Assembly: GCA_013239625.1 (NCBI GenBank)
Contig: MU053881.1
Span: 13,816,373-13,880,372, forward strand
DNA from: Lama guanicoe
Lineage: Eukaryota
Reading direction: 5' to 3'
DNA length: 64,000 bases
Shown here: one piece after another, positions 12,741 through 26,829 of the stretch
Layout of the letters: every line of letters starts with the position of its first letter
Position numbering within the stretch: position 1 is the first letter of the stretch
Notes under the pieces: model-generated
Seen by the model: the letters and a program-made list of their open reading frames with translations, nothing else
What the model was told of the DNA's origin: nothing
Databases searched by the model: none
Program-made: the position numbers and the translations under genes

Positions 12741-14409
12741 CCCATGACATTGCCTAAAATCTCGCGGGTAACATTCTTTATCACGTATGTGGCAAATATT
12801 TTTGTTTGTTTTTCCCTATCTGTCTGTTCTGCAAAACCTTATGTATTAATTCCTTTCCCAGGAATGACTCCTGGTCAGTGTTGCAACTTTTAAATCCTGT
12901 ATTTATCTGAAGAACTAGTGACTGTGATGTGATTGTCATGGGGAAGGTTGGTTTCCACTATTTATTAAAGAAAAAAAATAGCATCCGATTGGGAATGTGA
13001 ACTCAGAAGAGATTTCTATTTATCTGGAAGAGAAGGAAGGAAAGAGGAGGGAAGGAAGAATGGTTGGATGGATAGACAGATATTAAAAATCATACTATGT
13101 AACACTTTCAGTCGTTCTCCAAGACAGAAATACCTGAGTAATCTTATTCTGGTGACTCCGTGACAGGTGCCTTATCTCATTTGTCCATTGCTTTATCTCT
13201 AGCGCTTACTACAATGTAGGTTCTTTGTAGATATTTGATAAATGAACTAATGAATACATATCCTGAAAATTGTCCTAGTAAAGAAATTACTGACTTGTTT
13301 TTATTTGCATCATATAAAGGTACAAAGAGTAGATTAAACCTTGAACTGTAAGACTGGTATAACTACAAAATGAATTTCTTTTGCTCTGTTTCAAACTTAT
13401 TTTCAGTCCTTGTTTTGAAGTCACAATGGATTAGGGGACGTTATGGTGTGAAAACAAGGCAATCTCACCCACATCTGAAATGTCCAATTGGGAACTTACC
13501 TTCAGGGTTTCCTCCATGACTTGCAACCCACAAATCACTTAAGTTATCTAGGTATTATGAATTTTAAATGTTCTCCAGAGAGAATTATTTTAATACTCTT
13601 TTTGTTAGTGCAACTGAAGGAATTACACTCAGTCCCTTATTGAAAAATCTATGAGACAAGATAATAAGTAGTGGGTCTTGTACAATAAATCATTTTAACC
13701 AGATATGGAAGTAATAAACATAGATCAGATAAAAGGCTGGTATGTTGACTAATGTCACCATCATGGTCATTTCTAGGGGGAAAAACCAGTTCATCTTTCT
13801 ACTGAACATGTGCCATTATAGCAAATAGAATCATTCCGGCTTATTTTGTTCTTGTTGCTTTATTGCTATTGTTTTTTAAAATCACAGAAGTTTGAGACTG
13901 ACTTTGTAATATGAGAAGCCCAAGTTTGAAATATATATAAATACAAATCTAGTGCAGTGACACTGCGATAACTTTTTCCATTATTTTAATGGTATTTGTA
14001 ATGCTCCAGTAATTTGAATAATAGCATATGAGAAATTAATAGGCATTTTGCAGAATTCAATGTTGAAAGCTTTGGGATTTAAATGTAAATTGGGAAAAAA
14101 CTTCACATAGTCATGAAGACTGAAAATGGAGTGGCAGGAATATGTTTAACATCTTTTCAAATCCTTGCCAGGTATTACTCATTATTTCAGTAAAGAAAAG
14201 GGAAACTCATTTAACTGAAAACAAAAACAAAAACTTCTAAAAGGAGCTGCCTTATTAGCTTCTGTGGGCAGCAAGTATGGGACATCGTGAACATTTTGAG
14301 CTCTTCTGTTCCCTCAGTGTCAGTCCTAATGCTGATTTAGAAGTTTTGTGTCTGAATCAAATGATAGAATCATTCAAAATTTGTGGTATCTGGAAGAATG
14401 AAACTCATC

Positions 14410-16930
14410 CTTAAAAAAAAAAAGAAACATTTACTGAGGGATAGTTGTTATACAATACACTACACATACTTAAAAGTGTATAATTTCATAAACTTTGACA
14501 TATCTACATACCCAGGAAACCATCACCACAATCAGATAATGGATATTTTCATCACCCACAAAAGTTTCCTCATGCTCCCTTGCAATCCTTTATTCCTACC
14601 TCTCCCTTTACTCCTCACCCAGGCAATAACTAATCTGTTTTCTGTCACTATATATTGACCTAGATTTCCCAGTGGAATCAGAGAATCATACAGTATGTAT
14701 TCTTTTTTGCCTATTTTCTTTCGTTCAGCATAACTGAGATTCATTCACGGTACATGTATTAATAATTCATTCCCTTTTATTGCTGAGTTGAATTCATTGT
14801 ATGGATATTCTTTGGTTCTCAGCTTTTGGTGGATATTTAAATGTTTGCCATTTTTGGCTTTTATAAATTAAGCTTATTCAAGTCTTTATAGGCACATACA
14901 CTTTCATTTCTCTTGGGTGCCCACCTAGGAATTGGAATGGCTAGATCATATGTTAGCAGTGTGCTTAACTTTTTAAGAAACTGGACACTGTTTTCCAAAA
15001 TGACTATACCATTTTACTATCTCATCAGTATCTTATTTTACTGTCTCATCAGCAGATTCTCCACATCTTTGTCAACACTTGCAGTGGTCAGTCTTTTCCA
15101 TGTTAGCCATTCTGAAAGACGTGTGGTAGTTTCTCATTGTGCTTTTAATTTTCATTTCCTTCATGGCTACTGATACTGAGCCTCTTTTCATGTTGATTCA
15201 AATTTTCTGCCCAGTTTAAAAGATCTGGATTTTTTTTTTCTTACTGAGTTTTAAGAGTTCTACATATATTCTGGATACAAGTTCTTTATATACTTCACCG
15301 TTTTTTTTTCTCTCAGTGGCATTTCTTATCATTCTCTTAACATATTCTTTTGAAGATCATTTTTAAAAAAAAACTTCAATAAAGTTCAACTTAAAAATTT
15401 AGGTTTTTTTATGGATTGTGCTTTTGACATTTGTTGTTTTGTAAAATTATCTTTGCCTTACTCATGGTTCCCAAAACTTTCTCCCATGTTTGTTTCTAAA
15501 GTTTTGTAATTCTTGGTTTTATATTTAGTACTGTAACCCATTTTGAAATTGCTGTATATGGTGTCAGGTATGGATCAAAGGTGGCTTTTTTGCATATGGA
15601 TATCCAATTGTTCACAGTTTGTCAAGGAAACTATCTTTTCTCCAATAAATTGGCTTCTTATCATCACCAAAAATCAGTTACTCATTTATGTGTGGATTTC
15701 CTTATGTGTCTTTATTTTGTTCATTGATTTATCTTTGTGCCAAAATCACACTGTTTTGACTGTTGTTGCTTTATAAGAAGTCTTGAAATCAGATATTGTT
15801 ATTTCTCTAAAATTGTTCTCATTTTCAGTTACTTTGCTTATTCTAGCTCTTTTTTATTTCAATAAGTGATAGTAGAATCAGTTTGTTAATTTCTAGAAAA
15901 AAGTTTGCTTCTAGTTTATTGACTCTCTAGATCAATTTGGAGAGAACTAATATCTGAATAGTATTGTGTCTTCTGACTGGTAAACAAAGTGTATAAATAG
16001 AGATGATAGATAGATAGATAGATATAGATATATCTTTATTCCTTCAAGTCTTTTAAAATTTCTCCCAGAAAGCTTAATAGTTTTCAGTATAACAGGAATT
16101 TGACATAATCAGTCAAATTCATTCCTCAGTGTTTCATATTTTTGTACTGTAAATAGAAATTGTTTTAAAATTTCAACTTCTGATTGTTAACTGATTATGT
16201 ATAGAAGTTTACTTGATTTTTGAATGTTGATCTTTTATCCTGCAGACTTATCAAACTCAATTATTAGTTCTAGTAACTTTTTTGTACATCAGATTTTCTA
16301 CATAGACTCTCGGGTTAGTTGCAAATAAAGGCAGTTTTACTTTTTTCTTTTGTATCTGGATGTCTTTTATTTCTTTTTCTTTTTTTCTTTTATTTATTTT
16401 TTAACCTGATGGCACTGGGTAGAACCTGCTGTACACTGTCTAATAGCAGTGGTGAGATCAAGCATCTTGTTTTGTTGCTCATCTTAGTGGCAAAACATCG
16501 TCTTGCCCTTTGCATAAAATGTTCATTAAAAGTTTGAGAAAATTCTCTTCTGCTTCCACTTTAGTGAGAGTTTCTATCAGGAATAGATCTTGGATTCTTT
16601 TCAGTCCCTCTCAGTCTGTTGAGATGATTGTATAATTTTTTTTCTTTTATAGTTTATATGGTGAATTAGATTGATTGATTTTTATATGTTAAACCAACCT
16701 TGCACTCCTGGAATAAACCCCAATTGTTACAATGTTTTAAGCTTTAATAATAATCAATTTAATTTGCTAAAATTTGTTTAATTTTTGTTTGTATTTATGT
16801 TTATGAGGGCTATTAGTCTATAGATTTCTTTTTTTAAAATAAGATCTTTGTGTTGATAACTGGTCTCATAAAATGAGTGGGGAAGCATTCCCTCTTCAGT
16901 TTTCTAGATAATTTTGTGTAAAATCTGTTT
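14410..16930 (-). mobile_element. L1M (L1MB/MC-type) 3' end plus ORF2 fragment
   Basis: Poly-T-like end, L1 3'UTR and about 2 kb of degenerate antisense ORF2; internal (GATA)n near 16.0 kb. Confidence 0.85.
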
Positions 16931-17700
16931 AAAAAATGAATAAATGGCATGAATACAGTTAACAGAAAAAATGTAAAATTTCTCTAAGTATTTCAAAAAG
17001 TGTTTACCCTTATTCATCATATGAGAAATGAAATTAATACTATAAGCTACCATTTTCACCAGTTCATATTAACAAAGACCAGAGTTTAATAAATTACTGT
17101 GTTAGTGAAGGTACGGGTCAACAGTAACATTCTTCTTTGACTGGTGAGATGCTAAATTAGCCCAATCTACACGTAGGACAATCTCATAATATTTTCTAAC
17201 TTAAATGGGCATACACCTTCATCAGCAATTCCACTCCTAGAAATTTATCCAAACCGTTTACTCACAGGCATATTACATTTAATGATTTCATCAAGGCCTC
17301 CTATTGATAACAGAAGACCGGAAACCACAGAAATGTCCATTAACCGGCACCTGGAGAACGAATAATACACATTAATACAACATAAAATAAAGCAATAGAT
17401 GAAAAGAATTGGGCAGTTTTCATGTATTGACATATAACCTCCATGATAAATGAGGAAAGCAAAGAACGATGTTTATAGTACGTCAGTGTTCATGTTCAGT
17501 ATTAAAGATCACGTATTTATATGTTTTCTTTACGCATAGACAACTTCACCAGTAACAATGATGATCATTAGGTAGGTGTACTAAATGCCAGCTGCCAGGC
17601 CGAGGAGGAAGACAGTTTTACTCGATGCCTCTTGGAAACTTTTAATTTATGTGCTATGTTTATCAAAAACTTATTCAAGAAAATGAATAATGAAAAAGAG
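16930..17700 (+). mobile_element. Old L1ME-type 3' fragment
   Basis: cagcaattccactcctagaaatttatcc, the ORF2 PAIPLLGIYP motif region. Confidence 0.7.
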
Positions 17701-17920
17701 CTAATAAGTAATAAGTGTATATATTAGTCATCCATGATCATACAGGACTTAGAGCAAAATGTCAGGAAATTTATTCTTTTTTTCCCCTCCTATTTACAAA
17801 AATATTGATCTCCAAATTCACTACTCAGTGTGTGTATGCATGCATGTATGTGTAAGTTTATTTTTCTGCTTAAATAAAGCAGAAAGTATCATATTTATTC
17901 AGATTTATTCAAAATTTCTT

Positions 17921-18152
17921 TTTTTAACATTTTTTATTGATTTATAATCATTTTACAATGTTGTGTCAAATTCCAGTGTTCAGCACAATTTTTCAGTCAT
18001 TCATGGACATATACACACTCATTGTCACATTCTCTGTGATTTATCATAACATTTTGTGTATATTTCCCTGTGCTATACAGTGTAATCTTGTTTATTTATT
18101 CTACAATTTTGAAATCCCAGTCTATCCCTTCCCACCCTCTACCCCCCTGGTA
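17921..18152 (-). mobile_element. Very short young L1 3' tip with perfect TSD
   Basis: agatttattcaaaatttctt duplicated exactly at 17901-17920 and 18153-18172 around 232 bp of camelid L1 3'UTR. Confidence 0.92.
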
Positions 18153-18329
18153 AGATTTATTCAAAATTTCTTAATCATTGATTTATCTCAATAAGTAATT
18201 CAGACATTTAAAATCAATTATCATCAAATCATTTAAAATATTAGCTTTTGAAAACATCAAATTGCACTGTTTATATATTTGTCATTTTATACTGTTTAAT
18301 TTATATTTGTTTTTTATTAAAATAAAAAA

Positions 18330-20780
18330 TATGTATAAAATTTATCATCAGTAAATAATTGACCTATAATAAATTACACATAAAGTATGCAGTGTAATAA
18401 AATTTGACATACGTATACACCCATGAAGCCATTATGATAATTAAGAAATGATCACTGTATCTCCTCGTTCCCTAGCAATGCTTCACACAGACTTTCTATC
18501 ACTATGGATCAGTTTGTATTTTCTAGATTTCTATATAAATAGAATTCTACTGTATGAAAATTTTTGTCTGGATTCTCTAACTCAGCATAAGTATTTTGAA
18601 GAGTCATTTGATATATACAACAATAATTCTTTTCTCTTTATTGTGGAATTGTCTTCCATTGTATGGCTAACCACAATTGTTTATCTCTTCCCTCATTGAT
18701 GAACATCTGGTTTGGGTTCAGTTTGGGGCTATTGAAAGCAAAGATGCTGTGAGCATTCATATACAAATCTTTACATGGATATATATATTCTTTCCTCTTG
18801 AGTTCATATCTTGTAGTTAAATGGTCATATAATATGGCACATGTGTGTTTCACACTTTGAGACACTGTCAAACTGTTTTCCCAGGTGTGTGCATGATATT
18901 ACAATCCCAGTAGCAATGTATGAGAGTTTCAGTGCCTACACATTTTCCCCTACAATTGGTACAGTCAAGTCTTTTCTAATTTTAGCCATTCCAATAGGTG
19001 TGGAGAGATGTATTATTATGGTTTTCATTTGCAATTCCCTAATGCCTAGTATGTTGACATCTTTTCATGTGCCTTTTTGTCATCAGTATATCTTGGTAAA
19101 GTATCTGTTCAAGTCTATTCACCATTTTTTTAATTTGAGTTGTTTGTTTTCTTATTGAGCTTTGCACGTTCTAGGTATACTGAATGCAAGTCCTCTATCA
19201 GACATATGTTAAGCAAATGTTTTTTTCTGGCTTTTTTTTTTCATTTATCTTGCTTTTCTCATACATTGTGAAGGTAATATATCAATCCATGAAAACCTTC
19301 CTGTTTTTTATTGACCTTGTAATGTCATTGTCTACTCTTTGGTATCAGGATAGAATTTTCATTAGGGAATGAGGTGGGAAAGATGTTTCCTACTCCTGTT
19401 TTTTTGGATAAATCTGTGAAAGACTAGTGTTAATTCACTTTTCGATATTTGGCAGAATTTACCATTGAAGCCATCTGTTCATAAGCTTTTTTTTTCTAGA
19501 AAAATTTTTGATTACTAATTCAATCTCTTTTCTTATTATATTGACTCTTTTTTTTTTTAGCATATTTGAGTAGTTTGTGTCTTTCTTTGTCCATTTTCTC
19601 TGTTGCATAATCTGTTGATATACAGTCATTCTTAGCATTCCCTTATAACCCTTTTTATTTCTCCTTCATTTTTGAAAGATAGTTTCATTGGGCATAGATT
19701 TATCAGCCGACACTTTCTACTTCCAGTACTTCAGAGATGTTTTCACTCACACAGTTGTGTTGTTCCTGGTGAGAATTCTACCATTATCTTCAATTTCGCT
19801 ACCTGTGACGTAAGATTTTTTCTATTACTAACTTTGAGCAATTTGACTGTAATGTGCCTCAGCATAATTTTCCCTATGTTTCTTGTAATTGAGATCTCTT
19901 TTTAGTTTCTTTGGATCCATGCGTTTATAGCTTCCATCAAATTTGAAAAGTTTTTAGTCATTCATTGATAAAGTTTTTCTGTGCCTTCTGTCCTTTGGAT
20001 TCTCTCATTTCAGATACATTAGGCTACTTGAAGTGTTCCTGCTGCTCACTGATAATCTTTTTTTTTTTTTAATTCTCACTGTGTTTCATTGTGGATAGGT
20101 TTTATTGATACATCTTCAAGTTCTCTACCCAGTACTGATCTGCTTAATCTTCCATTAAATCACTTCACTGTGTTTTTCATCTTAGTCATTTTTTTTCTAG
20201 AAGTTGAGTTTGATTGATTTTTATATCTTCTGCATCTCTCCTTAGCCTTTTGGAAGTATACATTATAATCATTGTTTTAAAGTCCTTGTCTGCTAATGAT
20301 AAAATCTGTGTCACTTCTGGGTCACTACTTCCAGCCCTGTTTGAGTGCCAGGCACTTTAACCTTTAATCTTTCTGGATGGTTCTTTCTCCTATCTCGGGA
20401 AATCTTCTCATGTTCATGGTCTCATCAGCCCTCTGCTCTAGCCTCTGTGAAGACCCTCTGCAGATCCCTGTGATTCTGTCTCTGTAGGTGTTCTCCTCTC
20501 CAGTACTCCACCCTGTGAACTCAAATTGTCTTGGTTTTTTTGGACTCTAAGACTCTTGGCACCTGCTGGGTTCTGCCTGTGTCTTCCCGCACCACGCCAT
20601 GGCCTGGAAACTCTCTCAAGGCAATAAACAGAGGCAATCATAGGGTTCACCTCATTTGTTTCTTGTTTCTCAAGGATCACTGGTCCTCATTGCCTGTTGT
20701 TCAGTGTCTTGAACACTATTGTTTCACATATTTCTGTGGCTATTTTTAAATGTATCAGGGAGGAGGGTCAGTATGATCTC
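18330..20780 (-). mobile_element. L1MC/MD-type fragments
   Basis: Antisense L1 3' and ORF2 text (minus ORF 18638-18871 resembles the ORF2 tail), then more 5' L1 sequence. Confidence 0.75.
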
Positions 20781-22254
20781 TGCTGTACCAAATTGGCTGG
20801 ATTCAGTTCACATCTGAAAAGAGTTCTTTGGAGATTTTTTTTTCAAACATCCTATGGGCCACATTTCAGAAACCTGACAAAACCAAATATATTTTTATTC
20901 CTATACTTCTATTGCCTTTTATTCATCCATGCATTCATTCCTTTATCCTTCAGTCAATAGGAGGGTCTATTAAGTTTGAAAGTCTTCTGCTGGTCACTGA
21001 ATACAGTGACAGGCAAAATCAAGTGCGTCTTCCGCCTTACTGAGGCTCCTTGCCTAATGAAAAAGAACTATATTTCCAAGTTCTAAGATAAAGACTCTGA
21101 AAAAAAGTAATTCTGTTGTATGAGCCTGTTTTAAAAAAGAAACCCACTGGGATGTCTTTGCAGTGTGTCCACTCGAGTGGACTGGACCGTGTTTGCAGCC
21201 CTCGCTTTCTCGTGTGTTTCTAGTCAGGGTTGCTCCAGGGAAGATGCCTGGGAGATGTGCAGGCTGCAAGAGAAGCCATGGCCATGATTTAGCTCAGGAA
21301 CATATTTGCTGAGCCGCTGACTCCTTTTGTTTTCCCGACGCAGGAGCTAGATCTGAAATTGTTCTACCCTCTCCTGGATCCTTTTTAGCTTCTGGGCAAG
21401 ATAATGTATGTGTACTTTTGTGATGAGGGACTCTGGCTTCTACAGGACACTCTTATCATCAGGGTCAGCGATCGGAAGTGGCAGGGCTTCAGTGGGGCTC
21501 CGGTCTGAGCTTGGGGTTTCCAGCACGCTCTTGATCCCCTCCTTTACAGCTGCCTTCCCTTCCCATGAAACACCAAGGCAGCAGTCTCACAGAGACTGCT
21601 TCACCAGCTTCCACAATTGCTTCAGTCCAATTCCCTATTAAAGAAAACCGTTTTTTCTGTCTATATCATATTAAGCTCTCCTAGAAGCTATTTGAGTTTA
21701 GGATGTAGGAAACTTAGTGCCTTTTATCTTCCACTTTGGACCTCCCTATAATTTCAGAATAACAGGAAAAATCACTCTGAGGATCCTGTTAAATTTTGTC
21801 CTGAGGGAAACAGGAAACCATGACAGGATTTTAGGATGGGTCATGACATAGGATTTGCATTTTAGAAAAACAGCTGTCTCCTATATGAAAAGCCATACTG
21901 GAGATAAGAGACAAGGTATCTAAGATGTCTGATTAAGATGCTCTTGGTGCAATCCGGGGGTGGAGGGGTGATGATGCAGGCACAAAAAAGGGCACAGAAC
22001 ATTAGGAGAGTGTGATAAAGATATTAGGAAGTAGGTTCAGAATTTGTTGAACTTTGATGTGTCTCAGCTCATAAGTTATTCTCATTTTGAAAGAAAAAAA
22101 AAAAGGTGAAAACACACAGGAGGAAACCAGTCATCATGGACATTCAGGGCTCCAAGACTCCTAAGTAGGAAGACAGATGTAGGACAAAGTTGTCTCACCA
22201 ATATCTCTCATTAGCTTTGCATCATCCTAATTCTATTTAGATTACATAGCTCCC

Positions 22255-22410
22255 TGCCAACTTTGGCCCATGGACCAAAGCCTCCTACATCCCCTGGAGC
22301 TTGTGAAAAATGCAGTATGTCGGCTCCGCTTGTAACTTCCATGGAGCAAAAGCTACATCTTAACAAGATCCCCAGATGAGTTACATGCACGTTAAAGTTG
22401 AAGAAGTTCT
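22255..22410. mobile_element. MER5-type hAT-Charlie MITE fragment
   Basis: ctggagcttgtgaaaaatgcag...ttaacaagatccccagatg...gcacgttaaagttga. Confidence 0.65.
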
Positions 22411-22429
22411 GCAGAGATTCTAGCAGGCT

Positions 22430-22906
22430 GCCCGTGGAGACAACATGAACCTTGAGGGCATTCTGCTACATTACATAAGTTAGACACAGAAAGGCAAATA
22501 CTGTGTGATCACACTTATATGTGGACTCTAAAAATAAATAAATAAATAACACAAAAATGAAAATACTGAGCTCACAGAGGCAGGGGTTGGGGCGTGAGGG
22601 GTGGGCAAAATGGGTAATGGACATCAATAGGTACAAATTTCCAGTTATAAGATAAATAAGTTATGAGAATATAATGTACAACCTGTGACTATAGTTAATA
22701 ATACTGTACTGCATATTTGAAAGTTGCTAAAAATAGCCTCATGTTCTTATCACCAGAAAAATATTCTAACTGTGTGCAGTGACAGATGTCAACTAGAAGT
22801 ATTGGGGTGATCATTTCACAATATATACAGGTATCAAATCATTACATTGTATAGCTGAAACTAATATTATGTTCTATGTCAATTATACCTCAATTTAAAA
22901 AAAAAG
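22430..22906 (+). mobile_element. L1MA/L1MB 3' end with poly-A
   Basis: acatgaaccttgagggcattctgcta...tgtcaattatacctcaattt followed by a poly-A run. Confidence 0.88.
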
Positions 22907-25004
22907 TGACATCACAAAAAGATTAAAGATCCTAGCAGGTTAGAGAAATCTAAATCATATTTTGCTTTCCCAATCCTTTAAAATAGGCCATCCCAGACTG
23001 AATAGGCAATGGCTGGCTAGAGAAAGGTTCAGAATTTTCCCTCCCACTCTCAGGGCATCAGAGAGAGACTGCATGTTCTTCTTCACACTTATCATCCTCC
23101 AAGTACTATTTTAGCCTCTTCCGACTCGTTGGAGCAGGTGGGACTCCTGACATCTTATCACTGCTTGTAATTTCCAAACAGCACAACAGCCATGGCTGTC
23201 AGTGGGATTTTCCAATACATCTGGCATGCAGCCGACTTAGCACAACGCTGGCAATGCTAATTAATAAAAGGCCTCCCTTTGGGATGCCTCCAAAGCAGAT
23301 GTAAAACATTATCTGGTTATAACTAGATTAAAGAAGTTTCTTCTGATGAAGGCATTTTTCCCTTTTGTGATTTCCTCTTACTAATAATGAGCAGAAAATA
23401 GATAAGGCTATGAAAATCTCTGAATGCTCATGACGAGACCAAGGGTGAGGCCGGGGTTTAGGAGTGAGGACATTGTGTTCTCAGCCAATCCCTGGGTCTC
23501 ATCAACATGTAGCAGTAACTGCGCCGTACACCAGACACTAACACATTGTAACTGACTGTACTTCAATAAGAAACAAAGTTTTTAAAATGCAATTTAAGGA
23601 TTGGAATATTTCTAATTTTGTCTTGATCTAATTAGTATTTTATTCTAATCTGGTGTGATAACACTATATCCTTTATATTTGCACTCACACCTTTAAAAGT
23701 AGTGCTTTTCCTATGACTGGATTGATTCTACATGTCTTTTTCCTTTAGTTTGGTATGTCTATGCCACTGGACTATTTTATTTCATTCCTAGGCGTATGTA
23801 TATAACAGGGTAAGAAAGTAAAACCCTAATGGCAGAACAAGTACCTCCATTTAAAAAAACAGACGAATAAATAAATAAACCAATGGCAGAACATGGCAAA
23901 TAGCATATTCTCACCTTTCCTGATCTTTCCATCATGCCCCTGCTTTTACAGGACTAGCTGAGATCTTTATCTGCATAGCTCAGTCCTCACCTGCAGTTTT
24001 GTGAATGGCCTAAGTCATTTCCAGTGGCAATTTCCTGGTGACTGTTTATCTCCAGTAAAATGCTGCTTTCAAAGTAACATTTCCAATAAAATAAGGGTAC
24101 AAAAAAAAAATGGGTAGCAATAGTCCATTTCCGGAGCACTCATCTGAGGTCTACTCAGCTCACCTTGCCGTGAAGCAGTGCCTAGCACTGTGCCTAGTCA
24201 GCAATTATTAATTGATTGAGATCTAAATAAAAAAAAGAAGCTGTGATATGCCTATAGGTAATTTGGAAGGAAGGAAAGAGAAAAGATGGGAGGGGGCAAA
24301 AACAGATGTGTGAGAGAGAGTCATTCCTGCTTAGAAGTGAGGAAGTAGAATTCAGGTCACCAGAAGACTCACACCTCACGCTCCTGGTTTAAAACTCAAC
24401 ATAATGCATTTGTTATCCAAGTACACATTACATAATTTAGAGTTAAACAGTCTAATGTTAAGGAAACATTTTCCACACTGAGTCTAATTGTATCTTTCTA
24501 ATGATACACCACTGTACAGAAGGGCATAATTTAATTGTTGCTCCTTTGTTGATACATTGGTTTAATATCCTCTTACTATTTAGACATTTTAGTGTATGCC
24601 TTTCTATATATGTGCCCAGGCGGTGAGGGTAATTAAATGCTATTAAACAACTTAACCACTTTTCCCCCCACCCCCTTGTGTTTTCCACGTAATACCCAAC
24701 CCCGCAGAGTCGTCGTGGTGTTTCCTGATCTATAATTGTAACATGGACCTGTGTTGTCCTTCCTTAGATTATCTCTCCTAAGTGTGAAATACCTCCAGCT
24801 GCCTCCCTTTTTTACTTCGGTGGAATCTCTGCTCTCATCAAAGAGGGAGCAACAAGAAATTTTCGATGCTAACAGGAAGAGAAATAAAAGTCTATACAAT
24901 TTTCAAGGCTTAACCTCATAGGAAAAATGGGTGCAGCAGTCAGGAACTCATCCAGTTAACAGAATAGGGAGATACCCGAATGTGGCTTTCTTCTCGACAT
25001 TCAC

Positions 25005-25140
25005 TCTATTTATTTATTTATTTTGGTGGGGAGAGGTAGTTAAGTTTACTTGTCTATTTTTGGAGGAGGTGCCAGGGATTGAACCTAGGACCTCGTGCAT
25101 GCTAAGCATGCATTCTACTGCTTGAGATACACCCTCCCCC
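25005..25140 (-). mobile_element. Camelid tRNA-derived SINE (Vic-1-like)
   Basis: Minus strand GGGGGAGGGTGTATCTCAAGCAGTAGAATGCATGCTTAGCATGCACGAGGTCCTAGGTTCAATCC; A/B boxes and A-rich tail. Confidence 0.88.
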
Positions 25141-25690
25141 AACACTGGTTTAATAAATGTAATGCATACTTGAGTACATAATAACAGTTTACATGTAAGA
25201 ATAGGGAACATCAAATTCTGTGCTGGGTGCTGAGAACAGGCTAGAGAGATTCTCAATGTGCTGACAGTGTCTTTTCAGACCTTTTGGCTTTTAAATTATT
25301 ATTCAGTAACAAGTGAATCAATACGATTTTAAGAATGATAATGGTATATAATATTTAGCGAGCATCTGTCAGTTACTTGCTGAGCATTGTGCTTACAAAC
25401 TTTATATACATCTTCACATTTGAACCTCACAATAAGCCTACAGGTGGCTACTTTTGGAGAGTTGAACAGTTCTGGAAGGAAACATTGCTGGATTCTTTGT
25501 CACTCTACTTGGTCTGGCAAACACACCTTTGACGTGGTCTCACTGAGCATCTACACCCCCAGGCTGAAAACTACTGCGGATAACTGATCGATTACAGGTA
25601 CTCCAGCCGATGCAATGTGCCAGCTGTCCATTATCACACAGGAGAAAACTGAATGTTAACCTCAAAGACAGAGGTTAGCAGGCATCTCCA

Positions 25691-25703
25691 ATGATGCAGC
25701 GAA
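25691..25703 (+). other. Possible first coding exon end (ATG ATG CAG CGA A | GTGAGT) of the plus-strand candidate
   Basis: Consensus donor at 25704; phase 1 fits the exon at 44138; TGACGT at 25530-25535. Linkage over 18 kb is unproven. Confidence 0.2.
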
Positions 25704-25797
25704 GTGAGTTCTTCCTTTCTCCAGAACTCAGTTCTCAGTCATAGAGCTCTTCCCCTGTCAAAAGAAAATTCCCACTTTTCTAATTTTTTAAAGTATT

Positions 25798-25880
25798 TGG
25801 GAGGGGTGGGTATAGCTCAGTGGTAGAAAGCCTACACGATGTCCTGGGTTCAATCCCCCCTCCATTTAAAAAAAAATTTA
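25798..25880 (+). mobile_element. Camelid tRNA-derived SINE (Vic-1-like), internally deleted
   Basis: ggtatagctcagtggtaga (A box) ...tcctgggttcaatccc (B box) plus A tail. Confidence 0.85.
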
Positions 25881-26829
25881 AAGATTAAGAAGTAAAACTA
25901 TTTTCTTTAGAAAGGCCTTTGAGCCAGTTAAAATACTATTTTTTAGTTTTATTGCCATTTTTTCCACATTGTCTCAGAAACCAGTCACTCATGAGATGAA
26001 GGGTCAGAGATTAAGTATGTTTTTTATTATAACTAATCTTAACAAGTGTCTATTATTTTTAATCATATCCTCACGCCTGGGTTCCACTTCCAGAGACTCT
26101 GATTCCATTAGTCTGGGTGTAGGCTGAATGTTGGAATTTTTCTAAAGTTCCTCAGCAGACTCTTAGATTTAAGATTTAGCCTTTTAGATTGAGAACCGTT
26201 GCCTCAGAAGTCTTTTTGAGAAAAAAATAAAGTCAAGACTGTCCTCGAGGCTCACTTACCTCAGTTCCCTGATTTGTAAAATGAGGCCCTTTCAACTGAT
26301 ACATGTATTTTTTTCAAACATTATTTAAGGAGCAGATTCCTTTGTATTTAAAAAAAAAAATCTGAGGCATAGAATTTAACCAGCAACTTCACTTTAGAAG
26401 GCCAGTACTGTTCCGGCTGCTCTCATCCTCAGGTTGAAGCTGGGGACGAGGCAGCAGTTGGAGGGGAAGAGGCTTATTCCAGCCCCAAACCAGGCTACTC
26501 ACCCACCCTCCCCGATGGTCCGCTGAAGCCAGATTTAAGGCAGCCTTTCCACATCCGAGCACAGACAGGAGTCGATAACACTTGTGCAGCTCACTGAGGC
26601 AAGTGGATAAGCCCCTGGCAGAAGCTAGTGGCTTAGAGCTTTCAGCTGTCCGGGGCCACTCTATGGCTGGAGGGGAGGGCCTGATAGTTTGGGCACATTT
26701 GAGGCCAATTAATGGCACCCTGGTTAGAAATCAGCCCTGCCTTAAGACACAGATCCTGAACCAAGGACTCCTAACAGCATAGCTTGAAAACCACCTTGGG
26801 GCCTGAAAATGTGTGGCCCTATAAACAAC

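Noticed and set aside
25798..25865. tRNA-like sequence with A and B boxes
   Set aside because: No complete cloverleaf, has an A tail and matches other SINE copies; it is a SINE, not a tRNA gene.
26389..26718. 109-aa minus ORF with a GTGAGT donor near 26500
   Set aside because: No recognisable homology, and no matching acceptor or partner exon found.
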